Shown: positions 56,160 to 63,920 of the stretch, in pieces
Numbering within the stretch: position 1 is the stretch's first letter
Layout: each line of letters opens with the position of its first letter
From: a virus
Reading direction: 5' to 3' (one strand)
IMG/VR virus record: IMGVR_UViG_3300045988_120820
Span: 72,335-136,334 of that record
DNA: 64,000 nucleotides
The notes under the pieces: generated by a model
Told to the model about the DNA's origin: nothing
Seen by the model: the letters and a program-made list of their open reading frames with translations, nothing else
Database searches by the model: none
Translations under genes and position numbers: made by a program

Positions 56160-57400
56160 AGTCTATATAATCTAGTAATATCAACGCTTTCATACACTCA
56201 TACACTTTTTTTCTTAATCTAAGTTATCCACAAGTAAAATTTTTCTAATTTTTCCATTTTACATTTTCCCAGGTATCCCGTTTCACCTAATAATCTAAAG
56301 TAATTTATCTATTTTCCTTTATTTTCCTAAAGTGTTTACCTATAATTGTTTCACAGTTTACCTATATTAACCGATACCATATAACCGTTGCAACTACTAC
56401 ATCCTATACCTATACTGGGTATATTGTAAAGCGTGAAACCGTTGCAATTGCTACATTCTTCTACTTATTCTATTTGTGTATACCTATGCAGTGTATTCAA
56501 TCCTAGTTATATCAACACTTCTACTGTTTTCCTGTATATTTTTCTAAGTCCTGTAATGCTTGATAATGCTAGATAGTTAATAAATATACCTATGATAATA
56601 AAGATAATAAAGCATAATGTTAATTTACATTAATTAATTAAATCGCTCTCTTCTATTCTCTTTACTATATAAACTATGTATATATTTTGTCGAACTACTC
56701 TAAATCTAGTAATACCAACAACTATAGTATCTTATAGTAACTTTAAAATATAAAACTACTTCTATATTATTCCTAATTAAATAAAGTTAATACTTGATTT
56801 ACTTTACTATTTAAAAGGGACTCTATTATTTTACTTTAATTATTTAAGTTAGATATATTAATTGAATACTAACTTTAATTATTAAACTTTAAAATCAAAT
56901 TTTAAATCACTTATTCCATAAAAATAAATTTATACGATAAAATACTTTTTTGTGACTTTACTAAAATAAATAAATTGTACTATTCACTTTAAAATAATTT
57001 GTGACCCTATTTTTTACTATCAATAAATAAAGTATTCGACACTATAGACTTTATTTATGTAAAGTATTTGACATTAATTTATACCATATAAATTATTTTT
57101 TATGCAATTATTATCTTTTATGATACAATTATATTTTAATATATAAATTATTTTTTATGTAAAGAATTAATTATTTAGAGGGCGTAAACTTAAATAAATA
57201 AAGCGACCCTATTTTTCACTATCATTAATTAAAGTAAAACTTGTCGAACGCTTTAATAATTGACTGTGGAATCTATCTTTTACTTTAAAAATTAAAGTAT
57301 TTACCTATAAAAATTAATTTATATATAAATTTTTATTTTTATTATAGTTACCTAAAATATAGCTCAACCTGTTGATATTACTAACTTGTAGCGTTTTTGG
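56160..57400. repeat. mosaic of several short repeat families (origin/centromere-like)
   Basis: CTAGTAATATCAAC-like at ~56169, 56500 and 56702, inverted at 57366. AACCGTTGCAAYTRCTACAT at 56384 and 56446. GTTTACCTATA twice at 56334..56366. Five ~32-nt units, GAC(C/T)CTAT...TTTTACT...TAAAGTA, at ~56815, 56950, 57000, 57203 and 57271. Confidence 0.7.
56224..56232 (+). promoter_or_regulatory. third perfect DnaA box TTATCCACA
   Basis: Exact 9-mer, same orientation. Confidence 0.8.
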
Positions 57401-57431
57401 TTATCATTTTCTATCTATATATTTTTTTAGA

Positions 57432-57462
57432 AAAAAAATAAATTAAAAAAATTTAAAAAAAT
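57432..57462 (+). promoter_or_regulatory. phased A-tracts upstream of the first early promoter
   Basis: Three A7-8 runs about 11-12 nt apart. Confidence 0.5.
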
Positions 57463-57464
57463 GT

Positions 57465-57494
57465 TTGACAAGTTGAATAGAGGTGTGTTACTAT
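57465..57494 (+). promoter_or_regulatory. early promoter P1
   Basis: TTGACA, 18-nt spacer, TGtTACTAT. Confidence 0.6.
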
Positions 57495-57546
57495 ATAAAC
57501 ATAATAAACAACAAAAATAATTAATAAAAAAATTAATAAAAAGTTG

Positions 57547-57575
57547 TTGACAAAATAAACAACAAGTGATAACAT
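57547..57575 (+). promoter_or_regulatory. early promoter P2
   Basis: TTGACA, 17-nt spacer, TGaTAACAT. Confidence 0.6.
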
Positions 57576-57693
57576 TATAATATAAGTATTAGACAAGGGA
57601 GAACGCCCAATAGTTCATTAAGTAACAAAATATAATTCATGGGATTAGCTACTCACTAGCTAAAAATAATTAATAAAAATCCAAAAAAAGTAT

Positions 57694-57723
57694 TTGACAA
57701 AAGAATATAACTTGTACTACAAT
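57694..57723 (+). promoter_or_regulatory. early promoter P3
   Basis: TTGACA, 18-nt spacer, TACAAT. Confidence 0.55.
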
Positions 57724-57850
57724 TGAATTAATAATCAATCGACAACCTTGTATAACATAAGTAATAAAATCAAATCTAAAAAAACTTAAATGTTTTGATA
57801 TCCTCTATCAAGTGTTTAAGGAAATAATTAATAAAAAGGAGATAAGAAAA

Positions 57851-58207
57851 ATGTTAAAATTAACAGTAAAAAAAGAATTAGAAAACGGAAATTATCTAGT
57901 AAACTTTAATCTTGACGGTGAAGACTTAGGGAATAGAGAAGTAACATACGAATGGATAAGAGCCGACATAATAACTGGGAATAGAGAAGTAACATACGAA
58001 TTTGAAACAGACGTTAAATTCGACCATATAGAAGTTGACGAAGAAGACGGCGAAGGATTTGTATATATAATAACAACATTAGCTACAGAAGAAGGAATAA
58101 TGGTATTAAACGAAGAACAAAAAGTATACAAAAATTATAAAAGAGCATTAACACAAGGGCAAAAGCTAGCACAACAAATGGATACTATATTAATAGTAAT
58201 CAACTAG
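57851..58207 (+). CDS. hypothetical early protein with internal 16-codon duplication
   Basis: The ATG at 57851 follows AAGGAG. GNREVTYE occurs twice. Confidence 0.55.
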   Translation: MLKLTVKKELENGNYLVNFNLDGEDLGNREVTYEWIRADIITGNREVTYEFETDVKFDHIEVDEEDGEGFVYIITTLATEEGIMVLNEEQKVYKNYKRALTQGQKLAQQMDTILIVIN

Positions 58208-58251
58208 TTAGCATAATAAAAAAAATAATTAATAAATAGGGGGAGTAAAAA

Positions 58252-58695
58252 ATGTTGAAAGGTGAAATAAAAAAGGGAACAATAAGAAAAACAGAAGGAC
58301 AAGAAAAGAAATACGTGAAACAGTTCAAGAGTGACGACCTTCAAAAATGTATCATAGCAATAAATAATATGATGCATCAACGTATATACGCATCAAGTCA
58401 CTTGAGAAAAAAATCAACAGTATCATATAATATGAGAGCAATTTGTGAAATGTTGAAATATGGAGAATTTGACGTCATAGAATACAATTACACTAGAGGA
58501 CAAGGAAGAATATTAGTGGAAAGTTGGAGTACGTTTCCAGTAGAAATTGATGATAAAATGACACAATGTACAATGAAGGTTGTCGTTGAACCAAAAACAC
58601 AAAAAATTATAACAGTATGGTATAATAGCGTTGACGACACTCATACAAGTTTAAATATGAAAAGATATAACAAGGACTTAGAAATTGTGTTCTAG
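58252..58695 (+). CDS. hypothetical early protein; C-terminal half weakly DUF4258-like
   Basis: ...GEFDVIEYNYTRGQGRILVES...KVVVEPKTQKIITVWYNS pattern. Confidence 0.4.
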   Translation: MLKGEIKKGTIRKTEGQEKKYVKQFKSDDLQKCIIAINNMMHQRIYASSHLRKKSTVSYNMRAICEMLKYGEFDVIEYNYTRGQGRILVESWSTFPVEIDDKMTQCTMKVVVEPKTQKIITVWYNSVDDTHTSLNMKRYNKDLEIVF

Positions 58696-58748
58696 TCCTT
58701 CCAGCTCAATGCTATTATTTATGATAATGAAAACAATTAATAAAATTG

Positions 58749-58777
58749 TTGACAAATATTAAATGATAGTATATAAT
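58749..58777 (+). promoter_or_regulatory. early promoter P4
   Basis: TTGACA, 17 nt (…AAATGATAGTA), TATAAT. Confidence 0.7.
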
Positions 58778-58812
58778 ATCGATATAAAATAAATTGATAG
58801 GAGTGATGAGTT

Positions 58813-58959
58813 ATGAAGAAAGTATATTATAGCTTATATTTAGTAACAGAAGAAAGCGAAGAATTTTTAGCAAAAGTAAAGTCAAAAGGTCTTGCAATAA
58901 GAACTAAAATGTTATATAACAAAATATATGAAGGCAAAGGAAAAATAATTATTAAATAG
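58813..58959 (+). CDS. small early protein (48 aa, hand-found)
   Basis: AGGAG SD. MKKVYYSLYLVTEESEEFLAKVKSKGLAIRTKMLYNKIYEGKGKIIIK. Confidence 0.5.
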   Translation: MKKVYYSLYLVTEESEEFLAKVKSKGLAIRTKMLYNKIYEGKGKIIIK

Positions 58960-59031
58960 AGGATTTTAAGCCCTCTAGCTCAAGCTATCGAATGATAGCA
59001 AATTGTATTAATAAAAAGGAGATATAAGATT

Positions 59032-59196
59032 ATGAAAAATAAAATGTTATTTGTATTAGTGTTAGTATTAGGAATTGTTATATTTAAAAATCAAATATCC
59101 ATAGCATTGATGTATGCAGTTGACTGTATAGGTTATGCATTCAACATTAATGTGGTTGATATTATTGATTTGCTTAATACAATATACTATTTATAG
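59032..59196 (+). CDS. small membrane/secreted early protein (54 aa, hand-found)
   Basis: AAGGAG SD. MKNKMLFVLVLVLGIVIF... hydrophobic N-terminus. Confidence 0.5.
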   Translation: MKNKMLFVLVLVLGIVIFKNQISIALMYAVDCIGYAFNINVVDIIDLLNTIYYL

Positions 59197-59245
59197 TATT
59201 AAGTAATGATGGCAAAAATAATTAATAAATTTTTTAAAATAATTA

Positions 59246-59274
59246 TTGACAACATCTAAATGATAGCATATAAT
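59246..59274 (+). promoter_or_regulatory. early promoter P5
   Basis: TTGACA, 17 nt (…AAATGATAGCA), TATAAT. Confidence 0.7.
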
Positions 59275-59309
59275 ATTAAGTATAATAAATGAAAAGGAGA
59301 AATGATATT

Positions 59310-59657
59310 ATGAAAAATTTAAGAAATGAATTATTAGAAATGAGTGCTAAAGAAACTGGTATAAAATTATTTGTTATAAATGACTTATTAAGTCTAGAAA
59401 ATGATAGTGAAATAAAAGATTATATGAACGATGTTTTATGTTACGGTTGCCAAAGTGGAATTGTTACAAGTTTAATATATACAAGTGATACTAAAAACTT
59501 TATTAAAAAATACCTTGAAGAATGCTTAGAAATATTAGATGAGTTTATCCAACAAATAGGAAAACCAGCATTTATAATAGATAGCAACAGTATAGCCTGG
59601 TTAGCATATGAAGAAACATTGAGAAATTTAGTTGTAGAATTAGATTTAGATATATAG
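59310..59657 (+). CDS. hypothetical early protein
   Basis: The ATG at 59310 follows AAGGAG (the track start at 59289 precedes the SD). Confidence 0.55.
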   Translation: MKNLRNELLEMSAKETGIKLFVINDLLSLENDSEIKDYMNDVLCYGCQSGIVTSLIYTSDTKNFIKKYLEECLEILDEFIQQIGKPAFIIDSNSIAWLAYEETLRNLVVELDLDI

Positions 59658-59718
59658 AGGGTAAAATCCCTCTAGCTCAATACTATTAAAATGATAACAA
59701 AAATAATTAATAAAATTA

Positions 59719-59747
59719 TTGACAAGTTGTAAATGATAGTATATAAT
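59719..59747 (+). promoter_or_regulatory. early promoter P6
   Basis: TTGACA, 17 nt (…AAATGATAGTA), TATAAT. Confidence 0.7.
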
Positions 59748-59782
59748 ATTAAATATAGAATAAATAAAGGGGAGTCGATAAT

Positions 59783-60280
59783 ATGAAATATTTTGAAAGT
59801 TGTAAGAGTAAAGAAGACGCAAAAAAATTATATAAAAAATTAGCTTTCCAATATCATCCCGATAAAGGCGGGGATGTTGAAATAATGAAAGCCATCAATA
59901 ATGAATTTGATGACTTTATGAAGAACTTTAGAGAAGAAAAAAAAGATAGTAAAAAAGAATATGAATTTACGGCAACTACATACAGAAAACTTATAGAACA
60001 ATTAATAAAATTTGACGATATAACCATTGATGTAGTAGGCTGTTTTATATGGATAACTGGCAACACTTATCCAATAAAAGAAGAATTAAAACAATTAGGA
60101 TTTAGATTTAGTAAAAATAAAAAATCATGGTATATTGCGCCAGAAGAATATATGAAAAATAGAGTCAATTATAAGAAAAAATACAGTATGAATGAAATAA
60201 AAAATAAATATGGATGTACTTCTATAAAATCAAAAGGAGGATACAAGAAGGAAAAAGATAATATAATAATGATAGGATAA
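59783..60280 (+). CDS. J-domain (DnaJ-like) protein
   Basis: AKKLYKKLAFQYHPDKGGD contains the HPD motif and helix II/III pattern. Confidence 0.8.
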   Translation: MKYFESCKSKEDAKKLYKKLAFQYHPDKGGDVEIMKAINNEFDDFMKNFREEKKDSKKEYEFTATTYRKLIEQLIKFDDITIDVVGCFIWITGNTYPIKEELKQLGFRFSKNKKSWYIAPEEYMKNRVNYKKKYSMNEIKNKYGCTSIKSKGGYKKEKDNIIMIG

Positions 60281-60355
60281 ATAATTAATAATACTGCTTA
60301 TAAGAACATAAGCAGTATAGCTCAAAATGATTATATAAATTATTAATAAAAACTA

Positions 60356-60385
60356 TTGACAAAAGATAGTAAAATGTGATATTAT
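60356..60385 (+). promoter_or_regulatory. early promoter P7
   Basis: TTGACA, 18-nt spacer, TGaTATTAT. Confidence 0.6.
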
Positions 60386-60426
60386 ATAATCATGATAAAA
60401 ATAATTAATAAATAGGAGTGGTAAAT

Positions 60427-60657
60427 ATGAAATTACAAAAATTTGACGGAAGAATAATTAAATTGAATGATAGTACAGAAACTTATGAATGGACTTCTGG
60501 AGAACAAGAGTATCAATTGGTATATGACAATGAAGGAGATTTATTAGGGGTGAATATAGAAGGTATAGAACAGAATATACTAGATGATATAGTAGACAGA
60601 CCATACTCTTATGACTTCCCTTCTACATTAGATGAATATAACAAGGGTTTATTTTAA
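60427..60657 (+). CDS. hypothetical early protein
   Basis: The ATG at 60427 follows AGGAGTGG. Confidence 0.55.
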   Translation: MKLQKFDGRIIKLNDSTETYEWTSGEQEYQLVYDNEGDLLGVNIEGIEQNILDDIVDRPYSYDFPSTLDEYNKGLF

Positions 60658-60737
60658 GCCCTTTGCTCAAAAGCTATCAGAATGATAGTGAATAATATTA
60701 ATATAAAGTAAATTATATTAAAATAGGAGTGGTAAAT

Positions 60738-61286
60738 ATGAATAAAAAAACATTATGGACTATATTAGGTATAACAAGTAATGCTATATTTCTAATAGGA
60801 TTATTATTAATAATAGTATCATTTAAATATGATACTTATAAAGAATATGCATATACAGAAACGACTAGCATAAACATACAAAAAGATGACAAAATAACAG
60901 CTAATGAACGTCCTCTTGATGATAGTCAAGAGCATGACAATAGAGTTAATAAAGATAATAAAGATTATGCTACTAATAACACTAGTGATTATGTTATAAA
61001 AACAACTACAAAAAAATCTACATACAATAATAATAGCAAAAACAATAGTAATGATAATAAAAATTATAGTAACACTAATACTAATAATAGTAATAATAAG
61101 AATGATAGCAATAATAGTAATACTAATAATACTAATAATAGTAATACTAATAATAGTAATAACAATAATAACTATACAGTTGAATATACAAATACCAGTT
61201 ATTGCGGATTTTGTGGAAAATGCTTGAATAACAACGATGGTATTTGTCAAGACTGTAGAGAAATAAGAAGTAAATTAGGAGAATAA
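60738..61286 (+). CDS. membrane-anchored Asn/Ser-rich protein with C-terminal zinc ribbon
   Basis: N-terminal TM (LWTILGITSNAIFLIGLLLIIV), a long N/S/K low-complexity tract, and CGFCGKC...CQDC. Confidence 0.55.
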   Translation: MNKKTLWTILGITSNAIFLIGLLLIIVSFKYDTYKEYAYTETTSINIQKDDKITANERPLDDSQEHDNRVNKDNKDYATNNTSDYVIKTTTKKSTYNNNSKNNSNDNKNYSNTNTNNSNNKNDSNNSNTNNTNNSNTNNSNNNNNYTVEYTNTSYCGFCGKCLNNNDGICQDCREIRSKLGE

Positions 61287-61349
61287 TTTTTCTCCTTTGC
61301 TCAATGCTATCCAATGATAGTAAATAATATTAATTAGGAGTGATAAATT

Positions 61350-61598
61350 ATGAATAAGATAATAAAATGTTTAGAAGAAAATAATATAAAATATACAAAA
61401 GCAGTAAATAATAAATTATTAGTAGTCAAAATAGGTAATTATACTATAGAAATTTTAAAAGATGGTAAATTTTTTATAGCACAAAAATATAAATATGGTG
61501 AAAAATGTAGCCCAGAAATAAAGAAGGACTTGAACTATACATTAAGATTAATTAAACACGAAATAAGAAGAAATAATGGAGAATATAGTAGAATATAA
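61350..61598 (+). CDS. hypothetical early protein
   Basis: AGGAGTG SD. 82 aa. Confidence 0.55.
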   Translation: MNKIIKCLEENNIKYTKAVNNKLLVVKIGNYTIEILKDGKFFIAQKYKYGEKCSPEIKKDLNYTLRLIKHEIRRNNGEYSRI

Positions 61599-61613
61599 AA
61601 GGAAGGTGATATT

Positions 61614-61910
61614 ATGCAAATAATAATAAATCATATTGATAGAGTTAGAAAATATGTAAAAAATGATAGTAAAAATAGAATGATGATAGCTATTGATTAT
61701 AACGAAGAAAATAATAATTGGGAACGCTATCAAATATATTATAATAGAAATATGGAATTTTCCGAACCGTTTAACTATAAAGTATTACATACTTTAGAAC
61801 AAGTAAGAGAAGAAATGGACGATATAAGGGAATTTTTTGGTGAAATAGATTATATATGTTACTTTGATAAGAATAATGAATATAAAGAAATAAATATAAA
61901 ACAAAAATAA
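61614..61910 (+). CDS. hypothetical early protein
   Basis: GGAAGGTG SD. The stop lies inside the junction motif. Confidence 0.55.
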   Translation: MQIIINHIDRVRKYVKNDSKNRMMIAIDYNEENNNWERYQIYYNRNMEFSEPFNYKVLHTLEQVREEMDDIREFFGEIDYICYFDKNNEYKEINIKQK

Positions 61911-61922
61911 TTAATAAAGTTG

Positions 61923-61952
61923 TTGACAAAAGATAATAAAATATGATATTAT
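61923..61952 (+). promoter_or_regulatory. early promoter P8
   Basis: TTGACA, 18-nt spacer, TGaTATTAT. Followed by a 9-bp hairpin at ~61968..61994. Confidence 0.55.
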
Positions 61953-62026
61953 ATAAATATAAAAGGTTTACTGGTTTATCCTTAAAACCAGTAATAAAAA
62001 TAATTAATAAAATTATTAAAAAGCTC

Positions 62027-62056
62027 TTGACAAATTTATTTTTAGTATGATATAAT
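62027..62056 (+). promoter_or_regulatory. early promoter P9
   Basis: TTGACA, 18-nt spacer, TGaTATAAT. Its upstream 40 nt is repeated exactly at 63961..64000. Confidence 0.65.
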
Positions 62057-62090
62057 TAATATATAAGATAAATAAAGGGGAGTTGATAGT

Positions 62091-62330
62091 ATGAAATATA
62101 TAGAATTAACTGGTTATATATTAGAATGTAAAGCTGAATATATTGAATCGATAAGAAAATATTTAGATGACAAAGGATTCGATGGATATTATAATGTATA
62201 TGATTATTCTGAAGAGTCATTAAGAATCGTAGGCAGTATACCATGCGACAATAAAGAAAAATGTATTGACGAGTTTATAGACTTTTTAGAAAATAATAAT
62301 ATGTGCTTTATAGGTGTGTTTGGGGAGTAA
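62091..62330 (+). CDS. hypothetical early protein
   Basis: GGGGAG SD. 79 aa. Confidence 0.55.
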   Translation: MKYIELTGYILECKAEYIESIRKYLDDKGFDGYYNVYDYSEESLRIVGSIPCDNKEKCIDEFIDFLENNNMCFIGVFGE

Positions 62331-62386
62331 TTCCCCTTTAGTTCACCTTCAAATGATGAGGGAATATATTAATTAGGAGTGATAAT

Positions 62387-62614
62387 ATGCTAAATAAATG
62401 TTTAATAGCTGTAAAATCTAAAAACGAATGGAAAAATAATACATTTAATAATCCTTTAGGGGGATATTTATATTTAGGAAGTTTTAAAAATGATTTAAAA
62501 GATTTTATATTAAATGGTAATGTATCCTCTAAATCATGGACACAAATTCCACAAGATTATATTTTAGATAATACTGCTAGACAAAATTTTATATATTACA
62601 TTAAATGGGCATAA
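62387..62614 (+). CDS. hypothetical early protein
   Basis: AGGAGTG SD. 75 aa. Confidence 0.55.
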   Translation: MLNKCLIAVKSKNEWKNNTFNNPLGGYLYLGSFKNDLKDFILNGNVSSKSWTQIPQDYILDNTARQNFIYYIKWA

Positions 62615-62717
62615 ATGATACCAAAAATAATTAATAATACTGTCTATATTTTTATAGGTGGTATTGCTCAATACTGCAAGAATGATAGTAAATAATATTA
62701 AAGGGGATGAATATATT

Positions 62718-63512
62718 ATGAATGAATTACAAAAGACAAATAAGGATGATATAAGAATATCATCAAGAGAAGTGGCTGAAATGATGGGAATAGAACATAA
62801 AAATTTAATAAGAAAAATAGATAGTATCAACAAGGATTTTGACAGCGCAAAATTGAGCTACCAAAAATATTGGACGAAAAGCACTTTTAAGAATAGGGGC
62901 AAAACATATAGAGAATATCAAATTACAAAATTAGGTTGTGAATTTCTAGCACATAAAAGCACTGGAACAAAAGGTAATTTATTTACTGCTAGATATATGG
63001 ATAGATTTCAAATGATGGAAGAATATATTAATAATCAAATACCACAATTGTCACTAGAAGACCAAGCCGTATTAAATATAATAAATGCAAATGATAAACT
63101 TGATAAAGCGTTAGCTATAAAGGATTATAAAGATATCATAGAAAAGCCTTTAATTGAAGAGATAGACGAATTAAAAGAACTTAATAATAAATTTAAAGTT
63201 TTCATATCTAAAGATGGATTAATAGATGTTGATACATTCAGTAAAGTTTTAGCTATTAAAGAATTGGGAAGAAATAATATGTACAAGTGGTTTAGAAATA
63301 ACAAATACTTAATGAAGAATAACCGTCCTTATCAACATTATATAAATCAAGAATTATTCAAATTAAAAAACATAGGATATAAAACAAATTATATAGGAGA
63401 ACAAATACCTCTATTTAAAACATACATAACTAAAAAAGGATTAGGATACTTTTTAAATAAGTTCGTTGAAGACGGTTATATAACTTTTACAAATGATACC
63501 AAAAATAATTAA
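62718..63512 (+). CDS. Rha-family regulatory protein fused to KilAC/ANT antirepressor-type C-terminal domain
   Basis: ISSREVAEMMGIEHKNLIRKID (Rha N-domain) and ...FSKVLAIKELGRNNMYKWFRNNKYLMKNNRPYQHYINQELFKLK (KilAC-like). The ATG at 62718 follows AGGGGATG. Confidence 0.75.
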   Translation: MNELQKTNKDDIRISSREVAEMMGIEHKNLIRKIDSINKDFDSAKLSYQKYWTKSTFKNRGKTYREYQITKLGCEFLAHKSTGTKGNLFTARYMDRFQMMEEYINNQIPQLSLEDQAVLNIINANDKLDKALAIKDYKDIIEKPLIEEIDELKELNNKFKVFISKDGLIDVDTFSKVLAIKELGRNNMYKWFRNNKYLMKNNRPYQHYINQELFKLKNIGYKTNYIGEQIPLFKTYITKKGLGYFLNKFVEDGYITFTNDTKNN

Positions 63513-63524
63513 TAAATATTTATA

Positions 63525-63552
63525 GGCTGGAGTTTTATCCAGTCTTTTTTAT
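63525..63552 (+). terminator. rho-independent terminator
   Basis: GGCTGGA/TCCAGTC stem followed by TTTTTTATT. Confidence 0.75.
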
Positions 63553-63891
63553 TGCCTATAAAATGATAATGATTATCATTAACATTAAATATCAACTCCA
63601 GGAGCTTTTTTATAAAAACTCAATAAAAGCGACCTCTTAAATGCCATTCTAAGGCGTTTTAAAATGATTAAGGTATAAATACCTTGTGGACTATCGAATT
63701 CCTTTATAATGGATTATACAGTATATTTTATATTTTTATATATAATTGATAATGCTTTTCATTTATATATTTATTCTCAATTGGAAATGATACTAAAATA
63801 TATTAAATTATAAAATGATAATAATAATCATAACTATAAAAATTAATTTATATATAAAATAATATATTTTTAAAAAAGTTTATATTTATTA

Positions 63892-63920
63892 TTGATTTTT
63901 AAAATTAAATATGATACTAT
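63892..63920 (+). promoter_or_regulatory. promoter candidate
   Basis: TTGATT, 17-nt spacer, TGaTACTAT. Confidence 0.45.

Larger units (their letters stand above)
58704..62690 (+). repeat. early intergenic cassette family: gene-specific hairpin, GCTCAA box, CTATC-N4-5-GATAG palindrome
   Basis: GCTCAA at 58704, 58978, 59675, 60320, 60665, 61299 and 62666 (variant GTTCAC at ~62342). Palindromes at, for example, 58984..58999 (GCTATCgaatGATAGC), 60674..60688 and 61307..61320. Confidence 0.8.

Noticed and set aside
60819-61250. 143-aa - strand ORF.
   Set aside because: It is antisense to the AAT/AGT-repeat tract of 60738..61286 and gives an I/T-rich artefact.
58690-62720. CRISPR-like array, suggested by the many short repeats at roughly regular intervals in the early arm.
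   Set aside because: The repeat units are composite promoter/hairpin cassettes of variable length, the 'spacers' are SD-preceded ORFs of 150-560 nt, and there are no cas genes.
61548-62833. - strand ORFs 61548..61733, 62056..62244, 62564..62833, 57892..58131 and 59854..60066 in the early arm.
   Set aside because: They are antisense to SD-preceded + strand genes that sit behind mapped promoter motifs. The translations are hydrophobic and low in complexity.
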